From an uncultured Candidatus Rokubacteria bacterium (lineage in GTDB: Bacteria; Methylomirabilota; Methylomirabilia; Rokubacteriales; DASRDR01), in the NCBI GenBank assembly GCA_963799055.1, contig CAWCVP010000013.1:7866-71865 (forward strand): a DNA stretch of 64,000 nucleotides, in the 5' to 3' direction. Both the position numbers and the translations under genes were made by a program. Within the stretch, counting starts at the first letter, position 1. Every line of letters begins with the position of its first letter. The notes under the pieces were generated by a model, which was not told where the DNA came from, ran no database searches, and worked only from the letters and a program-made list of their open reading frames with translations. Of this stretch, positions 39,965-50,565 are shown piece after piece.

Positions 39965-40981
39965 GTGGAGACGCTGGAGCGGGACCGCAGCGAGATCGCG
40001 GTGCTCATGGAGCGGATCCTCTACGAGGTGAAGAGGATCGTCGTCGGCCAGGATCACTTCCTCGAGCGCGTGCTCGTGGCCGTCCTGGCGCAGGGGCACC
40101 TCCTCGTCGAAGGCGTGCCGGGCCTGGCCAAGACGTTGACCGTCAAGACGCTCGCCCAGACCGTGCGCGGCGCGTTCCGGAGGATCCAGTTCACTCCGGA
40201 CCTGGTCCCCGCCGATCTCGTGGGCACGCGCGTCTACAATCAGCGGACCGGCGAGTTCACGACGTCGCTCGGCCCCGTCTTCACGAACCTCCTGCTGGCC
40301 GACGAGATCAACCGAGCGCCGGCGAAGGTGCAGAGCGCGCTCCTCGAGGTGATGCAGGAGCGCCAGGTCACGATCGCCGGCGAGACCCATCGGGTCGCCG
40401 AGCCGTTCGTGGTGATGGCCACCCAGAACCCGATCGAGACCGAGGGCACCTATCCCCTCCCCGAGGCGCAGGTCGACCGGTTCATGATGAAGGTCCTGGT
40501 CGGCTACCCGAGCGAGGAGGAGGAGTTCGTCATCGTCGACCGGGTGACGGGCCCCGCGACCACGGTCGCGCCCGTCGCCACCACCGAGCAGCTCGGTCGA
40601 ATCCAGCGCGAGTGCCGGACCGGCTACGTGGACCCCTCGGTCATCCAGTACGCCGTCCGGCTCGCCGCCGTGACGCGAAGCCCGGCGCGGTACGGGCTCG
40701 GCGACCTCGCGCGGTACGTGTCGTACGGCGCCAGCCCGCGGGCCTCCATCCACCTGATCGAGGGGGCGCGCGCGCTCGGATACCTCCGCGGGCGCGCCTA
40801 CGTCCTGCCGGAGGACGTCACCGACCTCGCGCCCGACGTGCTGCGCCACCGGCTGGTCCTGTCCTACGAGGCCCTCGCCGACGGGATGACCGCCGATCAG
40901 CTGATCCGCCGGATCCTGCACCACGTGCCGGCTCCCGAGAAGCCGCTGGCGACCCATGTCCGAGTCGGCGCACCATCCTGA
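39965..40981 (+). CDS. MoxR-family AAA+ ATPase
   Basis: VVGQDHFLERVLVAVLAQGHLLVEGVPGLAKT (Walker A), LLADEINRAPAKVQSALLEVMQE (Walker B), ATQNPIE. Intact. Confidence 0.9.
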   Translation: METLERDRSEIAVLMERILYEVKRIVVGQDHFLERVLVAVLAQGHLLVEGVPGLAKTLTVKTLAQTVRGAFRRIQFTPDLVPADLVGTRVYNQRTGEFTTSLGPVFTNLLLADEINRAPAKVQSALLEVMQERQVTIAGETHRVAEPFVVMATQNPIETEGTYPLPEAQVDRFMMKVLVGYPSEEEEFVIVDRVTGPATTVAPVATTEQLGRIQRECRTGYVDPSVIQYAVRLAAVTRSPARYGLGDLARYVSYGASPRASIHLIEGARALGYLRGRAYVLPEDVTDLAPDVLRHRLVLSYEALADGMTADQLIRRILHHVPAPEKPLATHVRVGAPS

Positions 40982-41934
40982 GGAGCTGCTGCGGCGGCTC
41001 GAGTGGACGGTGATCCGGCGCCTGGACGGGCTCCTGCAGGGCGACTACCGGACGCTGTTTCGCGGCGCCGGGCTCGACCTGGCGGACCTGCGCGAGTACC
41101 AGTACCACGACGACGTCCGGCACATCGACTGGAACGTCACGGCCCGCCTGGGAACGCCCTACGTGCGCGAGTACCACGAGGACCGCGAGGTCACCGCGTG
41201 GTTCCTGCTCGACGTGACGGCGTCCATGGACTTCGGCTCGCGGGGCGCTCCCAAGCGGTCATGCGTCGGCCGAGCTCGTGGGCGTTCTCGCCCGTCTGCT
41301 GACGCGCCACGGGAACCGCGTCGGGGCCCTGCTCTACGACGGCCGGCCGGAAGAGCCGATCGCCGTGATCCCGCCGCGAAGCAGCCGCCGCCACGTGCTC
41401 CACATCCTCCACCGGCTGCGCGCCCGCCCGGACGCGACCCGGCCGGCCGCCACGAAGCTGGCCGACCTCCTGCGGCTGGCCGCCCAGCTCGTGCGGCGCC
41501 GCGCGCTCCTCTTCGTCGTCTCCGACTTCATCAGCGTGCCGGGCTGGACCGCGCCCCTCGGCCACCTCGCTCAGCGCCACGACGTGGTGGCCGTGCGGCT
41601 CCTCGACCCGCTCGAGACCGAGCTCCCTGACCTGGGGCTCGTCGTGGTCCAGGACGCCGAGACCGGCGAGCAGCTGTTCGTGGACACGCACGACCGCGCG
41701 TTCCGCCGGCGCTTCGCGGCCGCCGCCGTGCGGCGGGACGCGGCCCTCCGCGCGGCCTTCGCCGAGGCCGGCGTGGACGCCCTCGAGCTGTCGACCGGCG
41801 ACGACCTGGTCGAGGCCCTCTCGCGGTTCGCCGATCTCCGGAAGCGGCGCGCCCGGCTGGCCGGGGGCGGCGGGCTGCCGGACGACGGGACGCCCGGACG
41901 CCGGCCGCTTCCCGCTCCGGCGCGGAGCGCGTAG
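40956..41934 (+). CDS. DUF58 protein (MoxR partner); apparent frameshift near 41268
   Basis: GDYRTLFRGAGLDLADLREYQYHDDVRHIDWNVTARLGTPYVREY (frame 3) continues as ELVGVLARLLTRHGNRVGALLYD...LFVVSDF (ORF 41278..41934). Overlaps the moxR 3' end by 26 nt. Confidence 0.8.
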
Positions 41935-41957
41935 GCCGGCCCGCCAATGGCGACGCC

Positions 41958-43005
41958 ATGACCTTCATCTGGCCCGACATGCTGTGGCTGCTGCTGGCGG
42001 TGCCGGCGCTCGTCGGCGGGTACGTCCTGCTGGTGCGCCGGAGGAAGAAGGCCGCCCTCCGGTACGCGAGCCTGAGCCTCGTGCGGGAGGCCCTCGGCCC
42101 GGGTCAGGGCTGGCGGCGCCACCTGCCGCCGCTCCTCTTCCTGCTCTCGCTCGTCTCGATGCTCCTCGCGGTCGCCCGGCCGAGCGCCGTCGTCACGCTG
42201 CCCTCCCACCACGACACGGTGATCCTCGCCATGGACGTCTCGGGCAGCATGCGGGCCACCGACGTCCTGCCCAACCGGCTGGTCGCCTCCCAGGCCGCCG
42301 CCCGCGCCTTCGTCGCCGAGCAGCCGCGCCGCACCCGGATCGGCGTGGTCGCGTTCGCGGGCACGGCGGCCGTCGTGCAGGCACCCACCAGCAACCGGGA
42401 GGAGATCCTCGCCGCGATCGACCGCTTCCAGGTCCAGCGCGCGACCGCCATCGGCAGCGCGATCCTGGTCTCGCTGAAGATCATCTTCCCGGACATCGAG
42501 TTCGATCTCCGCTCGTCGGACCCGCGGCCCGACTCCGGGAAGATGGGCACCCCCCTCGCCTCGGGGAGCCGAGCCCAGCCGGCCGGCGTTCCAGCCGGTG
42601 CCGCCGGGCTCCTACGAGTCCGCCGTCATCATCCTCCTGACCGACGGCCGGACGACCACCGGCCCCGATCCCGTCGAGTCGGCCCGCATGGCCGCCGAGC
42701 GCGGCGTGCGCGTCTTCACGGTGGGCGTGGGCACGAAGGAGGGCGGCACCCTCTCCTACGAGGGCTGGTCGATGCGCGTCAGCCTCGACGAGGAGGCGCT
42801 CAAGGCGATCGCCTCCACGACGCGGGCCGAGTACTATCACGCGGGCACCGCCGCGGATCTGATGAAGATCTACCAGCGCCTGAACGCCCGGGTCGTGATG
42901 GAGCGGAAGGAGACCGAGATCACGGCGCTGTTCGCGGCGGCGGCGCTCGCCTTCGCGCTCGCCTCGGCGCTCCTGTCCGTCCTCTGGTACCACCGGATCC
43001 TGTAG
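41958..43005 (+). CDS. BatA-like membrane-anchored VWA-domain protein; apparent frameshift near 42580
   Basis: N-terminal TMs. The MIDAS motif ILAMDVSGSM is in frame 3. VIILLTDGRTTTGPDP...VFTVGVG and a C-terminal TM are in ORF 42598..43005. Confidence 0.8.
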
Positions 43006-43169
43006 CCCGGCGGCGCCGCGCCGGCCGGACGAGTCCTAACGCCGCGGAGCTGCGTGCCGTCGAGCGCGGCTAGCGGCGGATCGGCGTCGGCGGGCGACCG
43101 AGGGCGCGAGGACTGCGGCGCGCCGCACTGCCCGGGCTCCGACCCGGAGCCCGTCCCCGGCGGGGGCCG

Positions 43170-43247
43170 TCAGCCGAGACCGCGGCGCCAGAGGAGCACG
43201 AACAGGGCGCCGAACCCCACCGCCGCGAGGATCTGGTCCCAGCTCAC
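43170..43247 (-). CDS. candidate 25-aa single-TM mini-protein, translationally coupled to the upstream oxidoreductase
   Basis: The GTG start overlaps the TGA stop of the 43244 gene (GTGA). VSWDQILAAVGFGALFVLLWRRGLG then TGA. No homology evidence. Confidence 0.25.
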   Translation of the reverse strand: MSWDQILAAVGFGALFVLLWRRGLG

Positions 43248-43930
43248 GGGTCTGCGCTCGCGCCGCCGTCGGTGCCCGTCCCGTCGACCGCCCGCAGCAC
43301 GGCGTCGACGAAATCCGCCTCCGGCACCGCCCCCTCGAACGACACCCGGTCGTTGACGACCGTCTTCGGCACGGCCATGACCATGTAGCGCTGCGCCAGG
43401 TCGGGGAACTCGTTCGCCTCGACGCAGTCGCCGCGGATCCACGGGGAGGCGATGGCGAGGTGATGAGCCAGGCGCACGGCCCGGGGGCAGTGCGGTCAGG
43501 TGGGCGTCGCGAAGACCTGGATGTGGACGCGCTCCTTCAGCTGGGAGAGGCGCTCGAGCGTGGCGGCCTGGAGCGACGGGGTGCCGGACGAGGCGGCGAT
43601 CATCGAGTCGATCAGGTTCGTGAACTCGTAGCCCATCGGAATGCCGAAGAAGCGGATCCCGTAGTCCTGGGCCCCCTCGACGACGATCGCCGGCACGCGG
43701 TCGACGCCGTAGGCCTCCGCCCGCGCCCGGTCGATGTGGAGGTTCAGGATCTCCACCGTCACCTGGTCCGAGCACTCGGCGACCTCCCGGACCAGCCGCT
43801 CGGTCTCGAGCGAGTACTCCGACGCCCCGAGCTGGGTCGTGAACACGACCAGCTTGACCGGCCCCGCGAGCTTGGCGAGCTCGGTCTTGACCGCCGTCCG
43901 GTCCCGGTCCGTCAGGATCGCCATGCGCAT
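43244..43930 (-). CDS. glutaredoxin-like protein disulfide oxidoreductase (two thioredoxin folds) with an in-frame TGA at 43496..43498; candidate Sec (UPHC) protein or a nonsense allele
   Basis: ORFs 43496..43930 and 43244..43477 share one frame. The minus strand reads ACG CCC ACC TGA CCG CAC TGC CCC = T P T * P H C P, exactly where the family has FxTPTCPxCP. The rest (ANEFPDLAQRYMVMAVPKTVVN) is collinear. Confidence 0.6.
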
Positions 43931-43967
43931 GCGCTCCGGATCACGCGGTCGGTGGACGCGCGACGTG

Positions 43968-45152
43968 TCACCCGAGGCTCCCGAGCCCGCGCTCGATGCG
44001 CGAGAGCGCCTCGCGGATGGTCTCGCGCGAGGCGGCGTAGGACAGGCGGAGGTACCCCTCGCCGTGCTCGCCGAACGCCGTCCCGCCCAGCACGGCCACG
44101 CCGGCCTGCTCGAGCAGGTGGGTGGCGATCTCCTTCGAGGGCCGCCCGAGCGCCTTCACGTTCGGGAACACGTAGAACGCGCCGCGGGGCCGGGCGCAGC
44201 TGACGCCGGGGATCCGGTTGAGCCCGTCCACGACGAGGTCGCGCCGCTGGCGGAACTCCTCCACCATCTGCTGCACCGGGGTGTCGTCGCCGCGCAGGGC
44301 GGCCAGGCCGGCGTGCTGGATGAAGGTCGCGGTGCAGGAGGCCGAGTTCGTCATGAGGCGCGTGAGGTGGTCGGCGAGCGCCTTCGGCATGACGCCGAAC
44401 CCGAGCCGCCAGCCGGTCATGGCGTAGGTCTTCGAGAACCCGTCCAGGATGATCGTCTGGGGCTTCATGCCGGGCAGGCTCGCGACCGACGCGAACTCGC
44501 CCTCGTAGAGGAACCGCCGGTAGATCTCGTCCGACAGCACGGGGACTCCGTAGTGCCGCGCCAGGTCGGCGATGCGGCCGACGTCGTCCGGCGACAGGAC
44601 GCCGCCCGTCGGGTTCTCCGGCGAGTTGATGATGATCAGCTTGGTCTTCCGCGAGACGCGCCGCTCGAGCTCCCGCAGGTCGAAGCCGAAGCCGCTCTCC
44701 TCGAGGAGGGGGATGGGGACCGGGACCCCGCCCACGAAGTTGATCACCGACTCGTAGATGGGGAAGCCGGGGTTCGGGTACACCACCTCGTCCCCGCGAT
44801 TCGTGAGCGCCATGATGACGAAGAACATGATGGGCTTGGCCCCGGGCGTGACCACCACCTCGTCCGGCGCCACCGGGACCCCGCGGGTCTTCTCGATGTG
44901 CTCGGCGATGGCCTCGCGCAGCTCGGGAAGCCCGGCCGACGGGCCGTAGTGGGTGGCTCCCGCGTCCAGCGCCCGCTTGGCCGCCTCGCGGATGTGCGCC
45001 GGCGTGTCGAAGTCGGGCTCGCCGATCTCGAGGTGCACGACCGACTTGCCCTGGCGCTCGAGCGCCTTCGCCCGCGCCAGCACCTCGAAGGCGGTCTCGG
45101 TCCCGAGCCGCCCCATTCGCTCCGCGATCATGGACTCGATCATCGCCGTCAC
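43968..45152 (-). CDS. class I/II PLP aminotransferase (aspartate/aromatic type)
   Basis: LEIGEPDFDTP, YGPSAGLPELREAI, INSPENPTG, DEIY, GFSKTYAMTGWRLG (PLP Lys), YLRLSYA. Intact. The start may instead be ATG 45143. Confidence 0.9.
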   Translation of the reverse strand: MTAMIESMIAERMGRLGTETAFEVLARAKALERQGKSVVHLEIGEPDFDTPAHIREAAKRALDAGATHYGPSAGLPELREAIAEHIEKTRGVPVAPDEVVVTPGAKPIMFFVIMALTNRGDEVVYPNPGFPIYESVINFVGGVPVPIPLLEESGFGFDLRELERRVSRKTKLIIINSPENPTGGVLSPDDVGRIADLARHYGVPVLSDEIYRRFLYEGEFASVASLPGMKPQTIILDGFSKTYAMTGWRLGFGVMPKALADHLTRLMTNSASCTATFIQHAGLAALRGDDTPVQQMVEEFRQRRDLVVDGLNRIPGVSCARPRGAFYVFPNVKALGRPSKEIATHLLEQAGVAVLGGTAFGEHGEGYLRLSYAASRETIREALSRIERGLGSLG

Positions 45153-47808
45153 CCTCCGTACCGCGCAATCTTACCTGCGGTCCCGCGCGCTCTCAAGGCG
45201 CCGCCTACGGCACGGCGAGGCCGGGGCGCGGGGCCGCGCGCTGGCGAACGCCCCTGCCACCACCAGACGAGCAGGGCGACCAGGGCCCCGGGGATGAAGA
45301 CCCAGTAGGGGGCGGGGCGGGCCGGGTTCGGCAGCTTGAGCTCGGCGATCGTGTAGCCCTGGTCGATCCCGAGCTTCCGCGCGAGGCTGCCGAACTTCAC
45401 CGCGGCGACCTGGATCTCCTCTCCCTGGGGCACCAGCGTCACGCCCGCGTTCCGGATCCGCTCCCGGCCGTCCCGACCCGGCCCCATCGGCAGCGCGACC
45501 ACCTTCCGGACCTCATCGCCCTCGACGTTCTCCCCTCTGATACCCAGCACCAGGAGCTGGTCGGGCACGAGCGTGTCGGCGACACGGTAGATGTCCTTTG
45601 CCGGCGCGCTCACGTACTCCGGGTGGAAGCGGTCGATCACCCAGTCGGGCCGGAAGAAGAGGAAGGTCGCCACGAGCAGGAGCGCGATCTCGAGCGCGTT
45701 GCAGCGGGTCCGGAACCAGGCCATCGTCGCCGCCGCGAAGAGGAGCGACGCCACGGTCGCGGTGACGGCGACCAGGGTCACCTCCCACCACGAGTGGACG
45801 CCGATGAACAGGATCTGCGGGTTGAAGACGAACACGAACGGCAGCACGGCGGTCCGGAAGCTGTACCACGTGGCCTGCATGCCGGTGGCGTTCGGATCGT
45901 CGCCGGAGATCGCCGCCGCCGCGTACGAGGCGAGGCCCACCGGGGGCGTGACGTCGGCCATGATGCCGAAGTAGAAGACGAAGAGGTGCACGGCGATCAG
46001 CGGGATCACCAGGCCGGACTGGGCCCCGAGCTCCACGATCACCGGGGCCATGATCGTCGCGACCAGGATGTAGTTCGCGGTGGTCGGCACGCCCGCCCCG
46101 ATCAGGAGGCAGACGACGGCGGTGAGCACCAGCATCACCAGCACGTTCCCGCCCGAGACGTACTCCACGAGCTCCGTCATCATGAAGCCCATGCCGGTGA
46201 GCGTGATCGCGCCCACGATCAGCCCGGCGCTGGCCGTCGCCACCCCGATGCCGATCATGTTGCGCGCCCCGAGCACGAGCCCCTTCCAGAGGTCGCCGAG
46301 CCCGCGCCGGAGCGCCGCGCGGACCTCGCCCTGGCGCCGGAGCAGCGCCAGGAGCGGCGGCTGCACCACCACCGTCGCCATGACCGTCGCCGTGGCCCAG
46401 AACGCCGACAGCCCGGGAGACAGCTCCTCGACCATCAGGCACCACAGGAGGACCACGAGGGGGACGAGGAAGTGCAGGCCCGCGCGCACCGTCGGCCACA
46501 GCTCCGGCAGCCGGATGACCGGCGCGCTCGGATCGTCCATCGGCAGGTCCGGGAAGCGGGCCGAGAAGGCCAGCAGCCCGAGGTAGCCGCCGGCCGTGAG
46601 GATCGCGAGCGACCCAGCCGGCCGACTCCCCGAAGACCCGCTGCACCCCGGTGACGACGTAGTAGATGACGACGACGGCGGCGAGCGTGCCCGCGGCGCC
46701 GAGCGCGCCCTCGATGAGCCGCTGGCGCCGCCGCGGCGGGCCGTGGCGCGGGATCGGCTTCAGGTCGTACTTGAGCGCCTCCAGGTGGACGATGTAGAAG
46801 AGCGCCACGTAGGAGATGATGGCCGGCAGCGCGGCGTGCTTGATGATCTCCGAGTACGGGATGCCGACGTACTCCACCATGAGGAACGCCGCCGCGCCCA
46901 TGACGGGCGGCATGAGCTGGCCGTTGATCGACGAGGCGGCCTCGATGGCGCCCGCCTTCACGCCCGAGTAGCCGGTCCGCTTCATCATCGGGATCGTGAA
47001 GATGCCGCCGGAGACGACGTTCGACACCGAGGAGCCGGAGACCACCCCGTTCAGCGCCGACGACAGCACCGCCACCTTGGCCGGGCCGCCCGCGGAGGTG
47101 GCCGAGCAGCGCGGTCGAGACCTGCATCATGTAGTTGCCGGCGCCCGCGATGTCGAGCAGCGTGCCGAAGAGCACGAACAGGAAGATGAACTGGACCGAG
47201 ACGCCGAGCGCCACGCCGTAGACGCCCTCGGTGGTGAGCCACATGTGCGAGACCATGCGCGACAGGCTCGCGCCCTTGTGCTGGATCACCTCGGGCATGT
47301 ACGGGCCGGCGAAGATGTAGGCGAGGAAGACGCCGGTCGTGATCAGCATGGCGGTGCCCATGGCCCGCCGCGTGGCCTCGAGCATGATCGCGATCCCGAC
47401 CAGCCCCACCACCATGTCCAGCGTGGTCGGCTGGCCCGGCCGCAGGGCGAGCTGGTTGTAGAAGACATAGAGATACGCGCCGCAGAACGCCCCTACGGTG
47501 GCGAGCACCCAGTCTGCCCACGGTATCCGCTGGCGCGACGACGACTTGAACGCCGGGAACGCCATGAACGCCAGGAAGATCGCCAGCGCGAGGTGGATCG
47601 CGCGGGCCTCGGTGTCGTTGAAGATGCCGAACCGCAGGACGAACGGGAGCGGCGAGGCGTACCAGACCTGGAAGATCGACCAGCCACCGGCCAGGAGAGC
47701 GAGGAACGTTCCGACCCGCCCGCCCGGGTCGCGGCCGCCGATGTCCGCTTCCTTGACGAGCTGATTCAGCTGGTCGCTGGTGTACGCCTTCGGCGTCTCG
47801 GCCTCCAT
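45149..47808 (-). CDS. TRAP transporter fused permease (system 2) with a C-terminal extra domain; at least two apparent frameshifts (about 47090 and 46612); 3' end uncertain
   Basis: Pieces lie in ORFs 46435..47808, 45513..47075 and 45149..46540: WSIFQVWYASPLPF, GGPAKVAVLSSALNGVVSGSSVSNVV, TANYILVATIMAPVIVELG, FYFGIMADVTPPVGLASYAAAAI, then a roughly 130-aa tail domain. Confidence 0.85.
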
Positions 47809-47897
47809 CCACCCTCCTCAAGCGAGACGGGCGGAAGGCAGGTGCCTTCCGCCCGTCCGCAGGGCGCCCCGACGGGCGCCGGTCCGTCGGCCTCGGC

Positions 47898-48879
47898 TTA
47901 CTTGAGCCAGCCCTTCTCCCGGTAGAACTTGGCCGCGCCGTCGTGGAGCGGCGCCGAGAGCCCGTTCGTGATCATGTCCTCCGTCTTCAGCACGGCCAGG
48001 GCGGGATGGAGCTTCTTGAACTCGTCGAAGTTGTCGAACACCGCCTTGACCACCGCGTACACGACGTCGGCCGGCACCTTCGACGAGGAGACAAACGTCG
48101 CCAGCACACCGTACGTCTGGGTCGGCTCCGGATTCGCGGGATACAGGCCGCCCGGGATGGTCGCGGGCGCGTAGTAGGGCCGCTCCTTGACCAGCTTGTC
48201 GACGGCGGGCCCTGTCAGGGACACGAGCTTGGCGCCGCAGCTCGTGGTCGGATCCTGGATGTTGGCCGACGGGTGCCCGACGCCGTAGAAGAAGCCATCG
48301 ATCTTCCCGTCGCAGAGGGCGGGGCCGTGCTCGTCGGCCTTGAGCTCCGAGGCGAGGGCGAAGTCCGAGAGCTTCCACCCCAGGGCCGCGAGCAGCTCCT
48401 CCATCGAGGCGCGCGTGCCGGAGCCGGGATTGCCGACGTTGAACCGCTTACCCTTGAAGTCGGCGAACGCTCCTGGCGTTGAGCTCCTTCCGGCCGAGCA
48501 CCGTGAAGGGCTCCGGGTGCAGCGAGAAGACCGCGCGAAGGTCGCCGTAGGCGCCGGCGTCCTTGAACTGGCCGAGGCCCTTGGCGGCGTTGTAGTGCAC
48601 GTCGGACTGGGCGACGCCCATGTCCAGCTCGCCGGCCTTGATGGTGTTGATGTTGAACACGGACCCGCCCGTCGATTCGACCGAGCACCGGATGCCGTGC
48701 GTCTTGCGGTCCTTGTTGACGAGCCGGCAGATCGCGCCCCCCGCGGCGTAGTACACGCCGGTGACGCCGCCGGTCCCGATCGTGATGAACTTCTGCTGCG
48801 CGGACGCCTCCGGGACGAGCGCGCCGAGCGCGACCACCGCCAGGGCGGCGGACCAGGCTGCCAGTTTCCTCATGTTCAC
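47898..48879 (-). CDS. TAXI-family TRAP solute-binding protein (system 2); 1-nt insertion near 48470
   Basis: GAGGAGG then ATG. Signal peptide, then [27 protein letters not shown]. After the shift, [27 protein letters not shown]...[16 protein letters not shown]. Confidence 0.85.
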
Positions 48880-49040
48880 TTACCTCCTCGGTGTGGTGAT
48901 CTCTCCGACGGGGCGGACTAGCCTGCGATCCATGGGGGAAGCGGCCGCGCGCCGATCGTCGCCACGGATGGTAACACCTCTGCCCGCCGCCACAAGGCGG
49001 GCGTACGGGCCGGAAGCGGGTGAAGGCCGCCGGGGCGGCG

Positions 49041-50481
49041 CTAGAAGCGGAGGGTCGCGAGGACGATCGCGGTCGCCTGGACGTTGTTCGCCGCGTGGGC
49101 CAGGATCCCCGGCAGGAGGCTGCGCGTCCGCTCGTAGGCCACCGCCCAGAGCACGCCGCTCATCAGGACCGAGCCGAAGCCCACCGCCCCATAGCCGTGC
49201 GCCAGGGCGAAGATCCCGGCGCTGACCAGGGTCGCCGCCCCCGGGCCGAGCCGGAGCCGGAGCGTCCCGTACAGCACGCCGCGGAAGAGCAGCTCCTCGA
49301 GGACCGGGGCGAGGACGCAGCTGTCCAGGACGTCCACCGCCACCTCGCCCGGCGTGCCCCACACGAGCCGCTCCTGGAAGCCGTCGGACCAGTGAGGCGC
49401 GAGCCCGAGGCGCGACCCGACGAAGTCGAGCACGAAGTCCCCGACGGTGGACACGGCGACGAGCGCGAGCGTGACGCGCGCCACCCTCGCGGGCCCTCCC
49501 TGCTCCGGGGAGACGCGGAGGCCAAACGTCTCGGCCACCGACGACCCCGAGCGCCGGCAGTACCAGAACACGTACCCGAGGAGCGGCACCGCGGACAGGA
49601 GCGTGATCAGGAGACTCGACCACGCGGTGTCCGGGAAGAGCGGCCACAGGAGGGCCACGCCCACGAGGCCGACGGCGCCGCGCGCGAAGAGCCCCACCCC
49701 GTCCGCGAAGGCCCAGCGGGGGGGAATCGGCGCGGCGCCCACCCGCGCGGCGCGGAGCCCCGGCGCCCGCGCAAACAGCGCGAGCGCGGCGGCCCCCAGG
49801 ACCACGAGCAGGATCTCGACGCCGAGGATCGCGCGGAGCCGCCAGAGGAGCCGCGGTCCCGCGCGCCTGGGTCGCCCGCTCCGCCGCCGCCGCGGTCTCC
49901 GGATCGCCGAGGCGCGACGCCAGCCGCGCCAGCAAGCGGTCCGTGAACCAGCCCGCCGGCAGCTCGCGCCGGACCGCATCGATGGCGCCCCGGAGCTCGG
50001 CGGGCGAGGGTGGCGTCCGGTCGTACGCCGCGCGAGCCCATTCCGCGAGACGCGCCACCGGGGGGTCGGTCGGCGTCCAGGCGTCGAGCGCCGCCTGGAC
50101 GGATTCGTGCTGCTCGTCCTCCGCGAGCAGCACGACGCGATGGAGCTCGGCCACCGGGGAGCTCTCCTCGCGCACGAGCTCCTCGTACCAGAGGATCGCG
50201 TCGCCTCGGGCCTCGGCGTCGGAGGAGAGCGCGAGCGCCAGAAACCGGCGCTCCCAGACGGGAGCCGTCCCGAGCGCGGCCCGGAGGTCCATCTCGCGCG
50301 TGACCACGCGCTCGAGCGATTGCTCCGGCCGGTCGAGCAAGTCGAGCCCGTGCGCCGGCCAGAACAGGAGGGCGGCCAGGCCGGCCAGGAGCCCGAGGGC
50401 GACGCCCGTCACCCACCGGTTGAACCGCGGCGACCCGTCGATCGGCTCGGCCGGCGCCTCTCCCCCGGACTCGGCGGACAT
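49041..50481 (-). CDS. CPBP-family (CAAX-type) intramembrane glutamic protease with a long N-terminal extension; apparent frameshift near 49858
   Basis: C-terminal core APVLEELLFRGVLY, FALAHG, ILAHAANN in ORF 49041..49979. The N-terminal 200 aa (MSAESGGEAP..., one TM, helical region) reads in the adjacent frame from ATG 50481. Confidence 0.7.
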
Positions 50482-50565
50482 GCGGCGGCAGTATACCGCG
50501 GCGCGATGACCGGACGCGGTCCGGCGCCCCTTCTCCTGGCGCACGGGCCGCAGTACGATTCGAGC

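Noticed and set aside
43244-43930. Treating the locus as two independent genes (43496..43930 and 43244..43477)
   Set aside because: The downstream piece would start inside a thioredoxin fold, right after the CxxC motif. The two pieces are in frame and together reconstitute one known two-domain architecture. I therefore kept it as a single gene with an in-frame TGA (Sec or a nonsense allele).
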